A stretch of 64,000 nt of DNA, taken from assembly GCA_026988355.1 (NCBI GenBank), contig JALSLK010000118.1, positions 4,709 through 68,708 on the forward strand, in the 5' to 3' direction. Source of the DNA: Flavobacteriaceae bacterium (GTDB taxonomy: Bacteria > Bacteroidota > Bacteroidia > Flavobacteriales > Flavobacteriaceae). How positions within the stretch are numbered: position 1 is the stretch's first letter; the number at the start of each line of letters is the position of its first letter. The notes beneath the pieces were generated by a model that was not told where the DNA came from, did not search any database, and was given only the letters and a program-made list of their open reading frames with translations. Below are positions 10,631 to 20,730 of this stretch, in pieces. A program made the position numbers and the translations under genes.

Positions 10631-11773
10631 ATGACTAAAATACTATATTTTTATCCAGAAAATCCCTTACTGATTAATCAAGGAAATAATGCAAGAGCAA
10701 ATGCACTTCTTTTATATTTTAAAGATAGAAATTTTACAGTTGATTTTGTAGGAGAAGAAACAGGAGATTTTACAGAAAGCCATTTACGAGAAATAGAAAA
10801 AGAAGGCTTAGTAAACAAAGGATATTTAATACGAAAATATAAAAGAAAAGGGATTAAATATCTCATTAAACATTCCATACCAAATAGAATAAAAGCAAAT
10901 AGATATTTTAAAAAGCGAATTGGAGTAGGACAAAAAGAAGATTTCGAATCGGTTTTAAAGAATAATAGTTACGATTATATTATCGTTTCGTATGTTCTGT
11001 TTGCTCCATTTATTGCAAATAAAGAAATTATAGGAAAAGCAAAAACAATTGTCGATACACACGATTTTTTAACAGCTCAATTTATAGATTTTAAAGGATT
11101 CAAATTAGGAGAGGCTTTTGAGACAGAAATGAAAATGTTAAATAAATTTGATAGTATTTGGTCGATTTCTTCGGAAGAGAGCTTTATTTTTAGTCAGTTT
11201 CTACCACAAAAAGACATTACAATAATAGCACATGGAATGGAGAATAAAAGCAATCTAAAAAAAGCAAATGCAAAAATTGATGTTCTATATGTGGCAAGTA
11301 ATAATCCACATAATAGAAAATCTGCAATATGGTTTTTTGAAAAAGTATATCCATTACTATCAAAAAATATTAATATTACAGTAGTAGGACGTGTTTGTAC
11401 AGTAATTTCAGAATATAAAAATGTACAGAAAATTGCATATATTGAAAACTTAGACACACTTTATGAAGAAAGCAAAATAACCATTTGTCCAATGTTAAGT
11501 GGAACAGGTTTAAAAATTAAAGTGGTAGAATCGTTGTCTTATGGAATACCAGTAGTTTGTAACGAAAGAGGTGTAGATGGATTGTTATGTAAAATAAACA
11601 ATGGATGTCTAGTAACGAATGATAATGTTAAATTTGCAGAAAACATAACACATTTATTAGAAGATGAAGAATTTTATAATACGCACTCAACAAATGCTAA
11701 AAACTTATTTTCTAGTTCTTTAGAAAAAAAATTTGTATATAAAAAATTAGATTCTTTTTTTAATAAACCCTAA
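10631..11773 (+). CDS. glycosyltransferase, GT4-like
   Basis: C-terminal GT-B motif GTGLKIKVVESLSYGIPVV. Size and architecture are typical. Confidence 0.75.
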   Translation: MTKILYFYPENPLLINQGNNARANALLLYFKDRNFTVDFVGEETGDFTESHLREIEKEGLVNKGYLIRKYKRKGIKYLIKHSIPNRIKANRYFKKRIGVGQKEDFESVLKNNSYDYIIVSYVLFAPFIANKEIIGKAKTIVDTHDFLTAQFIDFKGFKLGEAFETEMKMLNKFDSIWSISSEESFIFSQFLPQKDITIIAHGMENKSNLKKANAKIDVLYVASNNPHNRKSAIWFFEKVYPLLSKNINITVVGRVCTVISEYKNVQKIAYIENLDTLYEESKITICPMLSGTGLKIKVVESLSYGIPVVCNERGVDGLLCKINNGCLVTNDNVKFAENITHLLEDEEFYNTHSTNAKNLFSSSLEKKFVYKKLDSFFNKP

Positions 11774-11786
11774 ATTAGGAGTATTA

Positions 11787-11945
11787 TACCAACTAAACAT
11801 CAAAATACGCTATAAATTATTTATCTTTTCACGGTTTTACTGCACTTTAAATTTGAACCATAGCTATGCTATGCTTGAAATTTCAAGATTGTAAAACATA
11901 AAAATATTTTAAATCTATTTAGCGCATTTCAAAATTGAATTGGTA
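11787..11945 (-). mobile_element. MITE-like element, full-length copy (inverted relative to the 20991-21148 copy)
   Basis: The reverse complement aligns end to end with 20991-21148; hand alignment gives 3 substitutions and 1 indel. Imperfect ~30-bp terminal inverted repeats (TACCAA...TTGGTA). TTA on both flanks. No coding capacity. Confidence 0.7.
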
Positions 11946-11956
11946 TTACACCGTTA

Positions 11957-12760
11957 TTACCAAAAAATATATTTTGATTTTTTCTTCCAATTACTTTGAA
12001 AAATAACACCCAAATATATTTTTTTAAGTGTATCAATTTTATGATACTTTTTTTCCATTTTATATTGTTTCTTATAATGATAAACCTTAAAATAAGGACC
12101 AACAGGAATTATTTCGATTGTTTTATTAGTTCTTAAAAATTCTCCATAAATAATACTCTCACTAGGATAGACGTCCATAATGTAATTTTCTAACGTTAGA
12201 TTATCTTTAGCTAAATAATCTTCAATAGCTTTCCAGACCTTTGTAGACCAAAGTAAAGGAGAGGGTCCAAAATCCCAAACTCTTTCCGTATCATTAATAT
12301 TTAAAAAATCTCTAGTACAGTTAATAGCTTCTTTAAAAAATATTTTTTCGGTATCTATATTAATCCTTTCCATTGTTTCTAAAAAACATTTTGGATCATG
12401 AATAATTGTATATGGGACATCCTCTTTATAAATAAAATCTTTGATGTGAAAATCTGTAATAAATTCACTATCAGAATCTAAACACAAATAATTTTTGCAA
12501 ATATTTAATTTATGTACCGAAGATTTAATTACTTGTTGGTATCTCCAAGGGTCCTTAATATTACAAGAAATGATGTCACTGTCTTTTAATAAAAAAATAG
12601 TTGCGTCAATTTTAGCATTAAAAAAATCATAATCGGCATCATTTACAGATAAATATACAGGAATATTATCTCGATTAAATTTTTTAATACTATTTAATAA
12701 AACCAGTACTCTTTCATAATCTGGTTTGTATGATTTTATAAATAAAATAATGTTTTGCAT
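11957..12760 (-). CDS. hypothetical protein (267 aa), possibly a nucleotide-diphospho-sugar transferase-like fold
   Basis: Clean ORF next to glycosyltransferases. The N-terminus (IILFIKSYKPDYERVLVLLNSI...VYLSVNDAD) resembles the GT-A beta-alpha-beta start with an acidic motif. Weak. Confidence 0.5.
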   Translation of the reverse strand: MQNIILFIKSYKPDYERVLVLLNSIKKFNRDNIPVYLSVNDADYDFFNAKIDATIFLLKDSDIISCNIKDPWRYQQVIKSSVHKLNICKNYLCLDSDSEFITDFHIKDFIYKEDVPYTIIHDPKCFLETMERINIDTEKIFFKEAINCTRDFLNINDTERVWDFGPSPLLWSTKVWKAIEDYLAKDNLTLENYIMDVYPSESIIYGEFLRTNKTIEIIPVGPYFKVYHYKKQYKMEKKYHKIDTLKKIYLGVIFQSNWKKKSKYIFW

Positions 12761-12864
12761 ATTTTTTTAAGAAATTAATTACGCAAATTTAATTATTTTA
12801 GAGTAGTATAATTCACAAAATATAAAAAATGATTTTTAATGGATTAATAATTTACCTAAACAGG

Positions 12865-14871
12865 TTACTGAACCACTAACTTTTTATCTAAAATTCGATG
12901 CATATAATCTTGAATATACGCTTTGCACTCATTTTCAATAGCACGCATTTCGATATTTTTAGAATTAATGAGATTATGTGTTAAAGCATCATCATTAATA
13001 TCGTAAAAACCAATAGATTTATTGCCATCAAAGACACAGGTGTAATTTCCTTTCATAAAATGAAAAACATTACCAGTATGCGTAATAACAAAAGGTTTAA
13101 TATCATTACGAATTAAACTTCGTCCCCAACTTCTAAAAGGCTTATTATAACCAACCATATCTAATACAGTAGGATAAATATCAATTTGTTGCGCAAGAGC
13201 AGTATCTATTTTCGCTAAAGAATTATCCGATTTGTAAAATAAAATAGGAACCGCAGAACGATTAATTCCTTTCTGGTATTTTGGATAGAATTTTTGGTTA
13301 GTATGATCGGCAGTTAAAACAAAAATGGTATTTTTAAACCAAGGCTCTTTTTTTGCTTTTTCAAAAAAACGTTTTAAGGCAAAATCGGTATAACCAACGA
13401 CTTGATGCATAGGAATATTTCCTTTTGGAAAAGTATTTTTATATTTAGCAGGAGGAATAAAAGGATCGTGCGATGTCAAGGTAAAAACAGAAACAAAGAA
13501 AGGCTCTTTTTTAGTAGTAATAACTTGTTCCATATATTGTAAAAAAGGTTCGTCCCAAATTCCCCACATACCATCGTATTCGGCATCGTTATTAAATTCG
13601 GTTTTGCCGTAATAATGGTCCAAACCAAGAATGTTACCAAAACCTAAAAAACCCATAGAACCATTAGCAGCACCATGAAAGAAAGAAGTATCATAACCAT
13701 AATCATTTAAGCAAGAAACTAAGGATTGAATCTTTTGATTGGAAAAAGAAGAAGAAGTAAAAGCGACTTTAAAAGAAGGAATACCAGCCAAAACAGAAGA
13801 CATACCATGAATAGATTTTCGACCATTAGCATAGGCATTATCAAAAATTAAACTATGTTGTGCTAAAGAATCTAAAAAAGGCGTATAACTTTTATAATTA
13901 GGAATGTTATACCTCTTGTTAAAAGCACCAAGATATTCTCGACCGTAGCTTTCAATAATAAATAGAACAATATTTGGTTTATTAGAAAGCTCCGAATTAT
14001 ATTGTTTAATAGGTTTAATTAATGAATTTAATTCTTCTTTAGAAAAAAAAGATTGCTGTAAAAAATAATTTTTATTAATAGTTCGTATTAGCGTAAAAGG
14101 AGTGTTAAGTACCATAGAAGCATGTACGGATTTCGGTACAAATTTATTAGCATCAACCAAAGTAATAGGTCTAGTACTGTGTTTAAAATCGCCTCGAATG
14201 CCACCAACAATTAAAGTTCCAAAGACTAAAAAAGCAATGAAAGAAGTTGCAAAGTAAGAACGTTTATGCGTTATTTTTTTTTGAGTAATCGTACCCCTTT
14301 TATAAAGAAATAACCAAAACCAAGATAATGCAATAAATAAAGCAAGAACATGCCAATAACTTACTAAAAAAGAAGCGAAAAGAGAAATGCCATTGGTTTC
14401 ACCTTTAAACTCGTTAAAAGTAGCAATAGTTAATCTAAAATTTGAAAATTTGTAATAAATTAGGTCAATAAAGTTAGTAGAATAAGCAAGTAAATTAGTT
14501 ACAAAATAAACATAAAAAAGTATTTTTTGATATATCGGTTTTGTGTTTATTAAAAGTGGTAAGATACTTAATAAAATAAATAACAAATTAACATATAGGA
14601 TAGCAGTAGTATCGAAAGTTAAACCACGATAACAAATATTTGCAAATTCAGAAATACCATCTACATGTAATAAGTCTTTATTGTAAAAAAAGAACAAAAT
14701 ACGTGCAATAAAATAAAAAAAGTAGGCAAGACCTAATCTGTAAAATAATATGAAGTACTCTCTAATTCTAGGCAAGGTATCAAAATTTAGGAAGCAAAAA
14801 TATATAATATTTATCCTAAAAAATAAAAAAGAGAATAAAATATATAAAAACTGTATTATTTTAACATACAA
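12865..14871 (-). CDS. LTA synthase family protein / sulfatase-type phosphoglycerol transferase (membrane domain + alkaline-phosphatase-fold domain)
   Basis: About 5 N-terminal TM helices, then a sulfatase fold (IVLFIIESYGREYLG ... VLTADHTN). The start is uncertain: only 44 bp separate it from the divergent M14 gene. Confidence 0.78.
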   Translation of the reverse strand: MYVKIIQFLYILFSFLFFRINIIYFCFLNFDTLPRIREYFILFYRLGLAYFFYFIARILFFFYNKDLLHVDGISEFANICYRGLTFDTTAILYVNLLFILLSILPLLINTKPIYQKILFYVYFVTNLLAYSTNFIDLIYYKFSNFRLTIATFNEFKGETNGISLFASFLVSYWHVLALFIALSWFWLFLYKRGTITQKKITHKRSYFATSFIAFLVFGTLIVGGIRGDFKHSTRPITLVDANKFVPKSVHASMVLNTPFTLIRTINKNYFLQQSFFSKEELNSLIKPIKQYNSELSNKPNIVLFIIESYGREYLGAFNKRYNIPNYKSYTPFLDSLAQHSLIFDNAYANGRKSIHGMSSVLAGIPSFKVAFTSSSFSNQKIQSLVSCLNDYGYDTSFFHGAANGSMGFLGFGNILGLDHYYGKTEFNNDAEYDGMWGIWDEPFLQYMEQVITTKKEPFFVSVFTLTSHDPFIPPAKYKNTFPKGNIPMHQVVGYTDFALKRFFEKAKKEPWFKNTIFVLTADHTNQKFYPKYQKGINRSAVPILFYKSDNSLAKIDTALAQQIDIYPTVLDMVGYNKPFRSWGRSLIRNDIKPFVITHTGNVFHFMKGNYTCVFDGNKSIGFYDINDDALTHNLINSKNIEMRAIENECKAYIQDYMHRILDKKLVVQ

Positions 14872-14887
14872 CTAATCTTTTAAAATG

Positions 14888-14895
14888 TATTTTTG
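14888..14895 (+). promoter_or_regulatory. candidate -7 box TATTTTTG for the M14 peptidase gene
   Basis: TAnnTTTG match, 20 nt upstream of the ATG at 14916. Confidence 0.3.
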
Positions 14896-14915
14896 TAAAC
14901 AACAACTATAAAATC

Positions 14916-17252
14916 ATGAAATCCATATTATTACTACTGTTAGGTTTATTCATATCCATTTCTATATTTTCACAAGAAAAGACGCAAAAATATTCCCAAG
15001 CAAAAATATTTTATTCCAATACATACGATTTACAAAAACTAGAAGAAAGTGGAGTAGCAGTAGATCATGGAAAGCACAAAAAAAACAGTTATATAGAGTC
15101 TGTGTTTTCAGAATATGAAATACAAAAAGCTAAAGAATTAGGATTTCATGTACTAATAGAGATTGACGATATGGAGATCTATATAGCAAATAGAAAGGCA
15201 GAAAAAAAACTCAAAAATAGTGTATGTACACAAGAATCAAAATACACAACGCCAATAAATTTTAATTTAGGAAGTATGGGAGGATTTTATACCTATGCAG
15301 AAATGTTGCAAGAATTAGATGATATGCATGCATTATATCCAAATTTAATTACAGCAAAGACAACAATAAGTGATTACATTACTTATGAAAATAGACCAAT
15401 TTATTCCGTAAAAATATCCGATAACCCAGAGGTAAATGAAACAGAACCAGAAATTTTATTTACAGCAGTACATCATGCACGAGAACCAGCTTCAATGCAA
15501 CAATTACTATTTTATATGTGGTATTTATTGGAGAATTATGCTACAGATAACGAGATAAAATCCATAGTAGATAATACAGAGCAATATTTTGTGCCAGTTG
15601 TAAATCCAGATGGATATATTTATAACCAAATAACCAATCCGAATGGAGGAGGATTTTGGAGAAAAAACAGAAGAAATAATGGCGATGGAAGTTTTGGAGT
15701 AGATAATAATAGAAACTATTCCTATCATTGGAGAGAATCAGGAGTGTCCAATAGTGGTTCTGGACAAACATGGCCAGGTACAGCAGCATTTTCGGAACCA
15801 GAGAATCAGGCAATAAAATGGTTTTGTGAGCAGCACGAGTTTATTATGGCATTAAATAATCATACGTATTCCGGTTTATTACTTTATCCATTTGGATATG
15901 CAGCAAATACACCAACAGTAGAAGATAGTTTGTTCGAAGGAATCTCAGGTTTAATGGTAACAGAAAATAACTATATAAACGGAGCAGCAGCAAGTTTATA
16001 CGAAGCAGCAGGAGATTCTGACGATTGGATGTATGGAGATACTACCACTAAAAATAAGATATATGCAATGACACCAGAAATTGGTTATTCCTTTTGGCCA
16101 GAACAAGGTAAAATAATACCATTATGTAAAAGTATGATGTACCATAATATAACAGCAGCACATTTAATAACAAATTATGCACACTTAACAGACAAAACAG
16201 ACTCGTTCTTACCTGCATTAACAGGAAATATAGCGTATAGTATTAAGCGATTTGGATTACAAGAACCAGCAAATTTTACAGTAAGTATACTTCCAGTTTC
16301 GGACAATATAGTAAGCGTAGGAAATGTGCAAAGTCACAACGGAATGCAACTATTTCAACAAGAAAATGGAACGATTTCATACACATTAGATAACTCCATT
16401 CAAAACGGAGATATTGTAGAGTATAAACTGCAATTAAATAATGGACAGTTTACAACAGAACAAACCATAGTTAAAACATTTGGAGCAACACAGATAGTTT
16501 TTGCAGATGCAGCAAATACATTAAATAATTACAATCCAACGAATTGGAGTACAACAAATGCAACTTATTATTCTGCTTCAAGTTCAATAACAGACTCGCC
16601 ATTTGGGAATTATTCAAATAATGTAAATCGTACCATTGAATTATCAAATATAATAGATTTGACCAATGTAATAATAGCAAAAGCAACTTTTTATGCGAAA
16701 TGGGATATCGAAAGAGATTACGATTACGTACAGTTTGAAATTACTACAGATGGTGGCGTAAATTGGATACCACAATGTGGAAAATACACAAATTTAGGTG
16801 TAGAAAATCAAGGAATTTTTGGACAACCAAATTACGATGGAAAGAAAAGCGAATGGGTAAAAGAAGAAATTGATTTGAGCGATTATCTAGGAGAGCAAAT
16901 ACGATTCCGATTTCAATTAGTAAGTGATGGTTCTACAGTAAAGGATGGTTTTTATTTTGATGATTTTAATGTAAGAACCATGTCAACAAACACAGCGTCA
17001 ATATTAAAAAATGAATTTTTAGGAATTTCAATGTATCCAAATCCAACAAAAGAAATTTTAACAATACATATTCCAAATAGAATACAAAAAATCAAAATCA
17101 AAATGTATGCTATAAATGGACAATTAGTGAGAGAACTAAAAACAGTTAATGAAATAACACAAATGGATATCCGCAATTTATCCAAAGGAGTTTATTTTGT
17201 AGATGTACAAACAGCAGATAAAGTTAAAACATTTAAAGTAATAAAAAAATAA
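14916..17252 (+). CDS. M14-family zinc carboxypeptidase with beta-sandwich domain and T9SS C-terminal sorting domain
   Basis: Signal peptide. M14 motifs HHAREPAS (HxxE), NRNY, NNHTYSG. MAM/anchor-J-like region (YDYVQFEITTDGGVNW). C-terminal YPNP...GVYFVDVQT...FKVIKK, typical of T9SS CTDs. Confidence 0.85.
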   Translation: MKSILLLLLGLFISISIFSQEKTQKYSQAKIFYSNTYDLQKLEESGVAVDHGKHKKNSYIESVFSEYEIQKAKELGFHVLIEIDDMEIYIANRKAEKKLKNSVCTQESKYTTPINFNLGSMGGFYTYAEMLQELDDMHALYPNLITAKTTISDYITYENRPIYSVKISDNPEVNETEPEILFTAVHHAREPASMQQLLFYMWYLLENYATDNEIKSIVDNTEQYFVPVVNPDGYIYNQITNPNGGGFWRKNRRNNGDGSFGVDNNRNYSYHWRESGVSNSGSGQTWPGTAAFSEPENQAIKWFCEQHEFIMALNNHTYSGLLLYPFGYAANTPTVEDSLFEGISGLMVTENNYINGAAASLYEAAGDSDDWMYGDTTTKNKIYAMTPEIGYSFWPEQGKIIPLCKSMMYHNITAAHLITNYAHLTDKTDSFLPALTGNIAYSIKRFGLQEPANFTVSILPVSDNIVSVGNVQSHNGMQLFQQENGTISYTLDNSIQNGDIVEYKLQLNNGQFTTEQTIVKTFGATQIVFADAANTLNNYNPTNWSTTNATYYSASSSITDSPFGNYSNNVNRTIELSNIIDLTNVIIAKATFYAKWDIERDYDYVQFEITTDGGVNWIPQCGKYTNLGVENQGIFGQPNYDGKKSEWVKEEIDLSDYLGEQIRFRFQLVSDGSTVKDGFYFDDFNVRTMSTNTASILKNEFLGISMYPNPTKEILTIHIPNRIQKIKIKMYAINGQLVRELKTVNEITQMDIRNLSKGVYFVDVQTADKVKTFKVIKK

Positions 17253-17254
17253 AG

Positions 17255-17902
17255 CTAAGTTTTAGAATTCCAATCGCTAGGATTCTTTCTCCAATCATTT
17301 AAAGTAACTAAGTCTTTATCATTAATATAATTAAGTTTTTTTGCTTGTTCTAATAAATGATTATAATCACTAAGAGTAGTAAGCTCCACGTTCGCATTTT
17401 TGAAGTTTTCTTTCGCAAAATCAAAACCATAAGAAAAAATAGCAACCATACCTTTAATGGTAGCACTTTGAGCTTTAATAGCATCGACAGCAAGTAAACT
17501 ACTTTTTCCAGTACTAATAAGATCTTCGATAACAATTACATTTTGACCATTTTCTAAATGCCCTTCAATTTGATTTTTTCTGCCGTGTTTTTTTGCTTCA
17601 GGTCTAATATAAATAAAAGGAACACCTAATTCTTGAGCAACCAAAACACCAATAGCAATTGCACCAGTAGCAACACCAGCAATAACATCAGGTTTGCCAT
17701 ATTTATCTTCGATGATTTTAGTAAAATTTTTTCGTATAAAATTACGAATAGGAACATAAGATAAAGTAAGTCTATTATCACAATAAATAGGAGAATTCCA
17801 ACCAGAAGCCCAAGAAAAAGGAGTATTAGGTTGTAATTTAATGGCCTTAATTTTTAACAAAAGTTCGGCCGTTTCAATAGCAATATTTTTATCATAAATC
17901 AT
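17255..17902 (-). CDS. pyrE: orotate phosphoribosyltransferase
   Basis: PRPP-binding motif VIVIEDLISTGKS. 215 aa, with the typical PyrE N-terminus. Confidence 0.9.
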   Translation of the reverse strand: MIYDKNIAIETAELLLKIKAIKLQPNTPFSWASGWNSPIYCDNRLTLSYVPIRNFIRKNFTKIIEDKYGKPDVIAGVATGAIAIGVLVAQELGVPFIYIRPEAKKHGRKNQIEGHLENGQNVIVIEDLISTGKSSLLAVDAIKAQSATIKGMVAIFSYGFDFAKENFKNANVELTTLSDYNHLLEQAKKLNYINDKDLVTLNDWRKNPSDWNSKT

Positions 17903-18065
17903 ACGACGAAAATAGTAAAATTATCAAATTAATTGGTTTAAAATAGATTTTTTTATTAAAAATAGCGTAAAAATTAACAATCTGTTATAAAAATAGCTGC
18001 CGTAAATAAGTTTTCTTAAATAACAAATTGAAGCAATACACAATTTTATTGTATATTCGCCAACC

Positions 18066-19097
18066 ATGAAAGAAAGAGATATTAAACATATTTCAAAATT
18101 GTTAGAAACACCAAAACGGATTGTAATAGTTTCACATAGAAACCCAGATGGAGACGCTTATGGATCAAGTTTGGCACTGTTTCATTTTTTGAAAAATAAA
18201 AAACAAAAAGTTACCGTTATTTCACCAAACGACTGCCCAACATTTTTAAAATGGTTGCCAGGACAAGAAGAAATAGTACTTTTTGAAAAAGAAAAAGAAA
18301 AAGCAACAAAAATTTTAGAAGAAGCAGAAATTGTTTTTACATTAGATTTTAATGCATTTCATAGAACAGGCGAAAAAATGCAGAAAGTATTGGAGCAAAT
18401 AACGCCAATATTTATTATGATTGATCATCATCAAATGCCAGACGATTATGCAAAATATCGCTATTCAGATGTCGAAAAATGTTCTACATGCGAAATGATT
18501 TTTGATTTTATAGAATGGCTAGGAGAGTTAGATCAAATAGATGTAAAAATAGCAACATGTATTTATACAGGAATCATGACCGATACAGGTTCGTTTCGTT
18601 TTAATTCTACCACAAGTAGAACCCATAAAATTGCAGCAAAACTGTTGGAAATTGGAGCAGATAATTCGAAGATTTATAACCAAGTAATGGATGTAAACTC
18701 ATATAATAGAATGCAACTGTTAGGACAAGCATTAGCAAATATGAAAGTAGAAGAAGAATGTATGACGGCATACATAACATTATCACAATACGAATTAAAT
18801 AAATACAGATTCGAAAAAGGAGATACCGAAGGTTTTGTAAATTATGCACTATCCTTAAAAGGAATTATATTTGCAGTGATTTTTATTGAAGACAAAAAAC
18901 AAGGGATTATTAAAATGTCATTGCGATCTAAAGGAAAATTTTCGGTAAACGAATTTGCACGAGCACATTTTAATGGAGGAGGACACACAAATGCAGCAGG
19001 AGGAAGAAGCGAAAAAACCTTATATAAAACAGTAAAACAATTTTTAGAAATTTTACCAAAGTACAAATCTGAGATACAAGAATCTTATGAAGCATAG
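18066..19097 (+). CDS. nrnA: DHH/DHHA1 phosphoesterase, NrnA-like oligoribonuclease/pAp phosphatase
   Basis: Motifs HRNPDGDAYGSS, IDHH, GGGHTNAAGG. Confidence 0.8.
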   Translation: MKERDIKHISKLLETPKRIVIVSHRNPDGDAYGSSLALFHFLKNKKQKVTVISPNDCPTFLKWLPGQEEIVLFEKEKEKATKILEEAEIVFTLDFNAFHRTGEKMQKVLEQITPIFIMIDHHQMPDDYAKYRYSDVEKCSTCEMIFDFIEWLGELDQIDVKIATCIYTGIMTDTGSFRFNSTTSRTHKIAAKLLEIGADNSKIYNQVMDVNSYNRMQLLGQALANMKVEEECMTAYITLSQYELNKYRFEKGDTEGFVNYALSLKGIIFAVIFIEDKKQGIIKMSLRSKGKFSVNEFARAHFNGGGHTNAAGGRSEKTLYKTVKQFLEILPKYKSEIQESYEA

Positions 19098-19659
19098 TAT
19101 TATTATCATATTATTGATATCACTTATTTCGTGTTCAAGTCCAAAAGCACGAAAACCAATATCACGTACTAGCGATACAACATTTATAGAAGAGTCTATA
19201 AAAAGAAATAAAGCCTTAATTAAATTAGAAGAAACTTTGTTTAAAAAAATAATAGCGAACGATTCTGTACATACCTATATTACATCACCAAATGGGTTTT
19301 GGTATTATTACAACCATAAAATAGAGGTAAAAGCGAAACAACCAAAGGTTGGAGACGAAGTGATTTTTAATTATGAAATTAGAGACGTAAAAAATAATAC
19401 CATCTATACCAAAGAAGAATTAGGAAGTAGAAATCAAGAAAAAAAAGAAGACCGTATACTTAAAATAGATGGCGAAGAATTTATAACAGGTCTGCATGAA
19501 GGGTTAAAATTGATGAAGCAAGGAGAAAGAGTTACTTTTTTATTTCCATCAAATAAAGTTTTTGGAGCTACAGGTTTTCAAGACAGAATAACACCAAACC
19601 AATCTTTAATAATAGAAGTCTCTTTAAAAAAAATAAACCAAAAAAATAAACCAAAATAA
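19087..19659 (+). CDS. gldI: FKBP-type peptidyl-prolyl isomerase lipoprotein, GldI-like (gliding-motility associated)
   Basis: Lipobox [13 protein letters not shown]-like C-terminal half. About 190 aa, next to a second PPIase as around gldI in Flavobacterium. Orthology not verified. Confidence 0.55.
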   Translation: MKHSIIIILLISLISCSSPKARKPISRTSDTTFIEESIKRNKALIKLEETLFKKIIANDSVHTYITSPNGFWYYYNHKIEVKAKQPKVGDEVIFNYEIRDVKNNTIYTKEELGSRNQEKKEDRILKIDGEEFITGLHEGLKLMKQGERVTFLFPSNKVFGATGFQDRITPNQSLIIEVSLKKINQKNKPK

Positions 19660-19682
19660 TAATCACAATAAAACAAATTAAA

Positions 19683-20705
19683 ATGAAGAATTTAAAATTT
19701 ATCACACTATTTCTAGTATTTGTATCTTTTTCTTGCAAGACAGCAAAATATCCAGATTTATCAGATGGGTTATATGTAGATATTCAAACAAATAAAGGAG
19801 ATATATTATTACAATTAGAATTTGAAAAAACACCAATGACAGTTGCTAACTTTGTAGCATTGGCAGAAGGTACAAATACGTATGTAGATAACAAATACAA
19901 AGGAAAACCATTTTATGATGGATTAAAATTTCATAGAGTAATAAAAGATTTTATGATTCAAGGAGGAGATCCACAAGGTACTGGTGCAGGAGGACCAGGA
20001 TATAAATTTAAAGATGAATTTGATGAAACATTAAAACACGATGGAGCAGGAATATTGTCTATGGCAAATTCGGGAAAAGCAACAAATGGAAGTCAGTTTT
20101 TTATTACGCACAAAGCAACGCCACACCTAAATGGTAAACACACCGTTTTTGGACATGTAGTAAAAGGACAAGACATTGTAAATGCAATTGAAAAAAATGA
20201 TGTTATTGAAAAAATGGAGATAATTAGAAATGGAAAAGCAGCAAAAGATTTTGATGCAGCAGGAACTTTTGATTCTAGTTTTAAGAGTATGGAAGATGAA
20301 GCAAAAAAAGAAGTAGAAAAACAAAAAGCAGCAATAAAAGGATTGTTAGATAATGAGGCAAATGCAAAAGAATATGCATCAGGATTAAAAATATTTGTAA
20401 CAAAAGAGGGAGAAGGAGTAAAACCAAAAAAAGGAGATAAAGTAATAATGCATTATACTGGTTATTTAAGAAATGGAAAAATGTTTCAAACTACGGTAAA
20501 AAAGAATAAACCATTCGAGGTGATAATTGGAGTAGGACAAGTAGTTCCAGGATGGGATGAAGGAGTTAGAGAGTTAAAAGTAGGAACAAAAGCAATACTA
20601 TACATACCTTCACATTTAGGATGGGGAAAACGAGGAGCAGGAGGTGTTATTCCACCAAATGCAGATGTAATTTTTGATGTCGAATTATTAGGTATTAAAA
20701 AGTAA
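19683..20705 (+). CDS. dual-domain peptidyl-prolyl isomerase: N-terminal cyclophilin fused to C-terminal FKBP
   Basis: Lipoprotein-like signal (SFSCKT). Cyclophilin motif [19 protein letters not shown] motif [12 protein letters not shown] near the C-terminus. Confidence 0.85.
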   Translation: MKNLKFITLFLVFVSFSCKTAKYPDLSDGLYVDIQTNKGDILLQLEFEKTPMTVANFVALAEGTNTYVDNKYKGKPFYDGLKFHRVIKDFMIQGGDPQGTGAGGPGYKFKDEFDETLKHDGAGILSMANSGKATNGSQFFITHKATPHLNGKHTVFGHVVKGQDIVNAIEKNDVIEKMEIIRNGKAAKDFDAAGTFDSSFKSMEDEAKKEVEKQKAAIKGLLDNEANAKEYASGLKIFVTKEGEGVKPKKGDKVIMHYTGYLRNGKMFQTTVKKNKPFEVIIGVGQVVPGWDEGVRELKVGTKAILYIPSHLGWGKRGAGGVIPPNADVIFDVELLGIKK

Positions 20706-20730
20706 CCTCTTAGAAAAAACACATACAGAT

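Noticed and set aside
14274-14282. T9 (A9 on the coding strand) run inside the LTA-synthase-like gene, at the TM/catalytic domain junction, considered as a slipped-strand switch
   Set aside because: It encodes QKKI in frame. Without population or read data there is no evidence of length variation, and similar runs occur elsewhere in the window.
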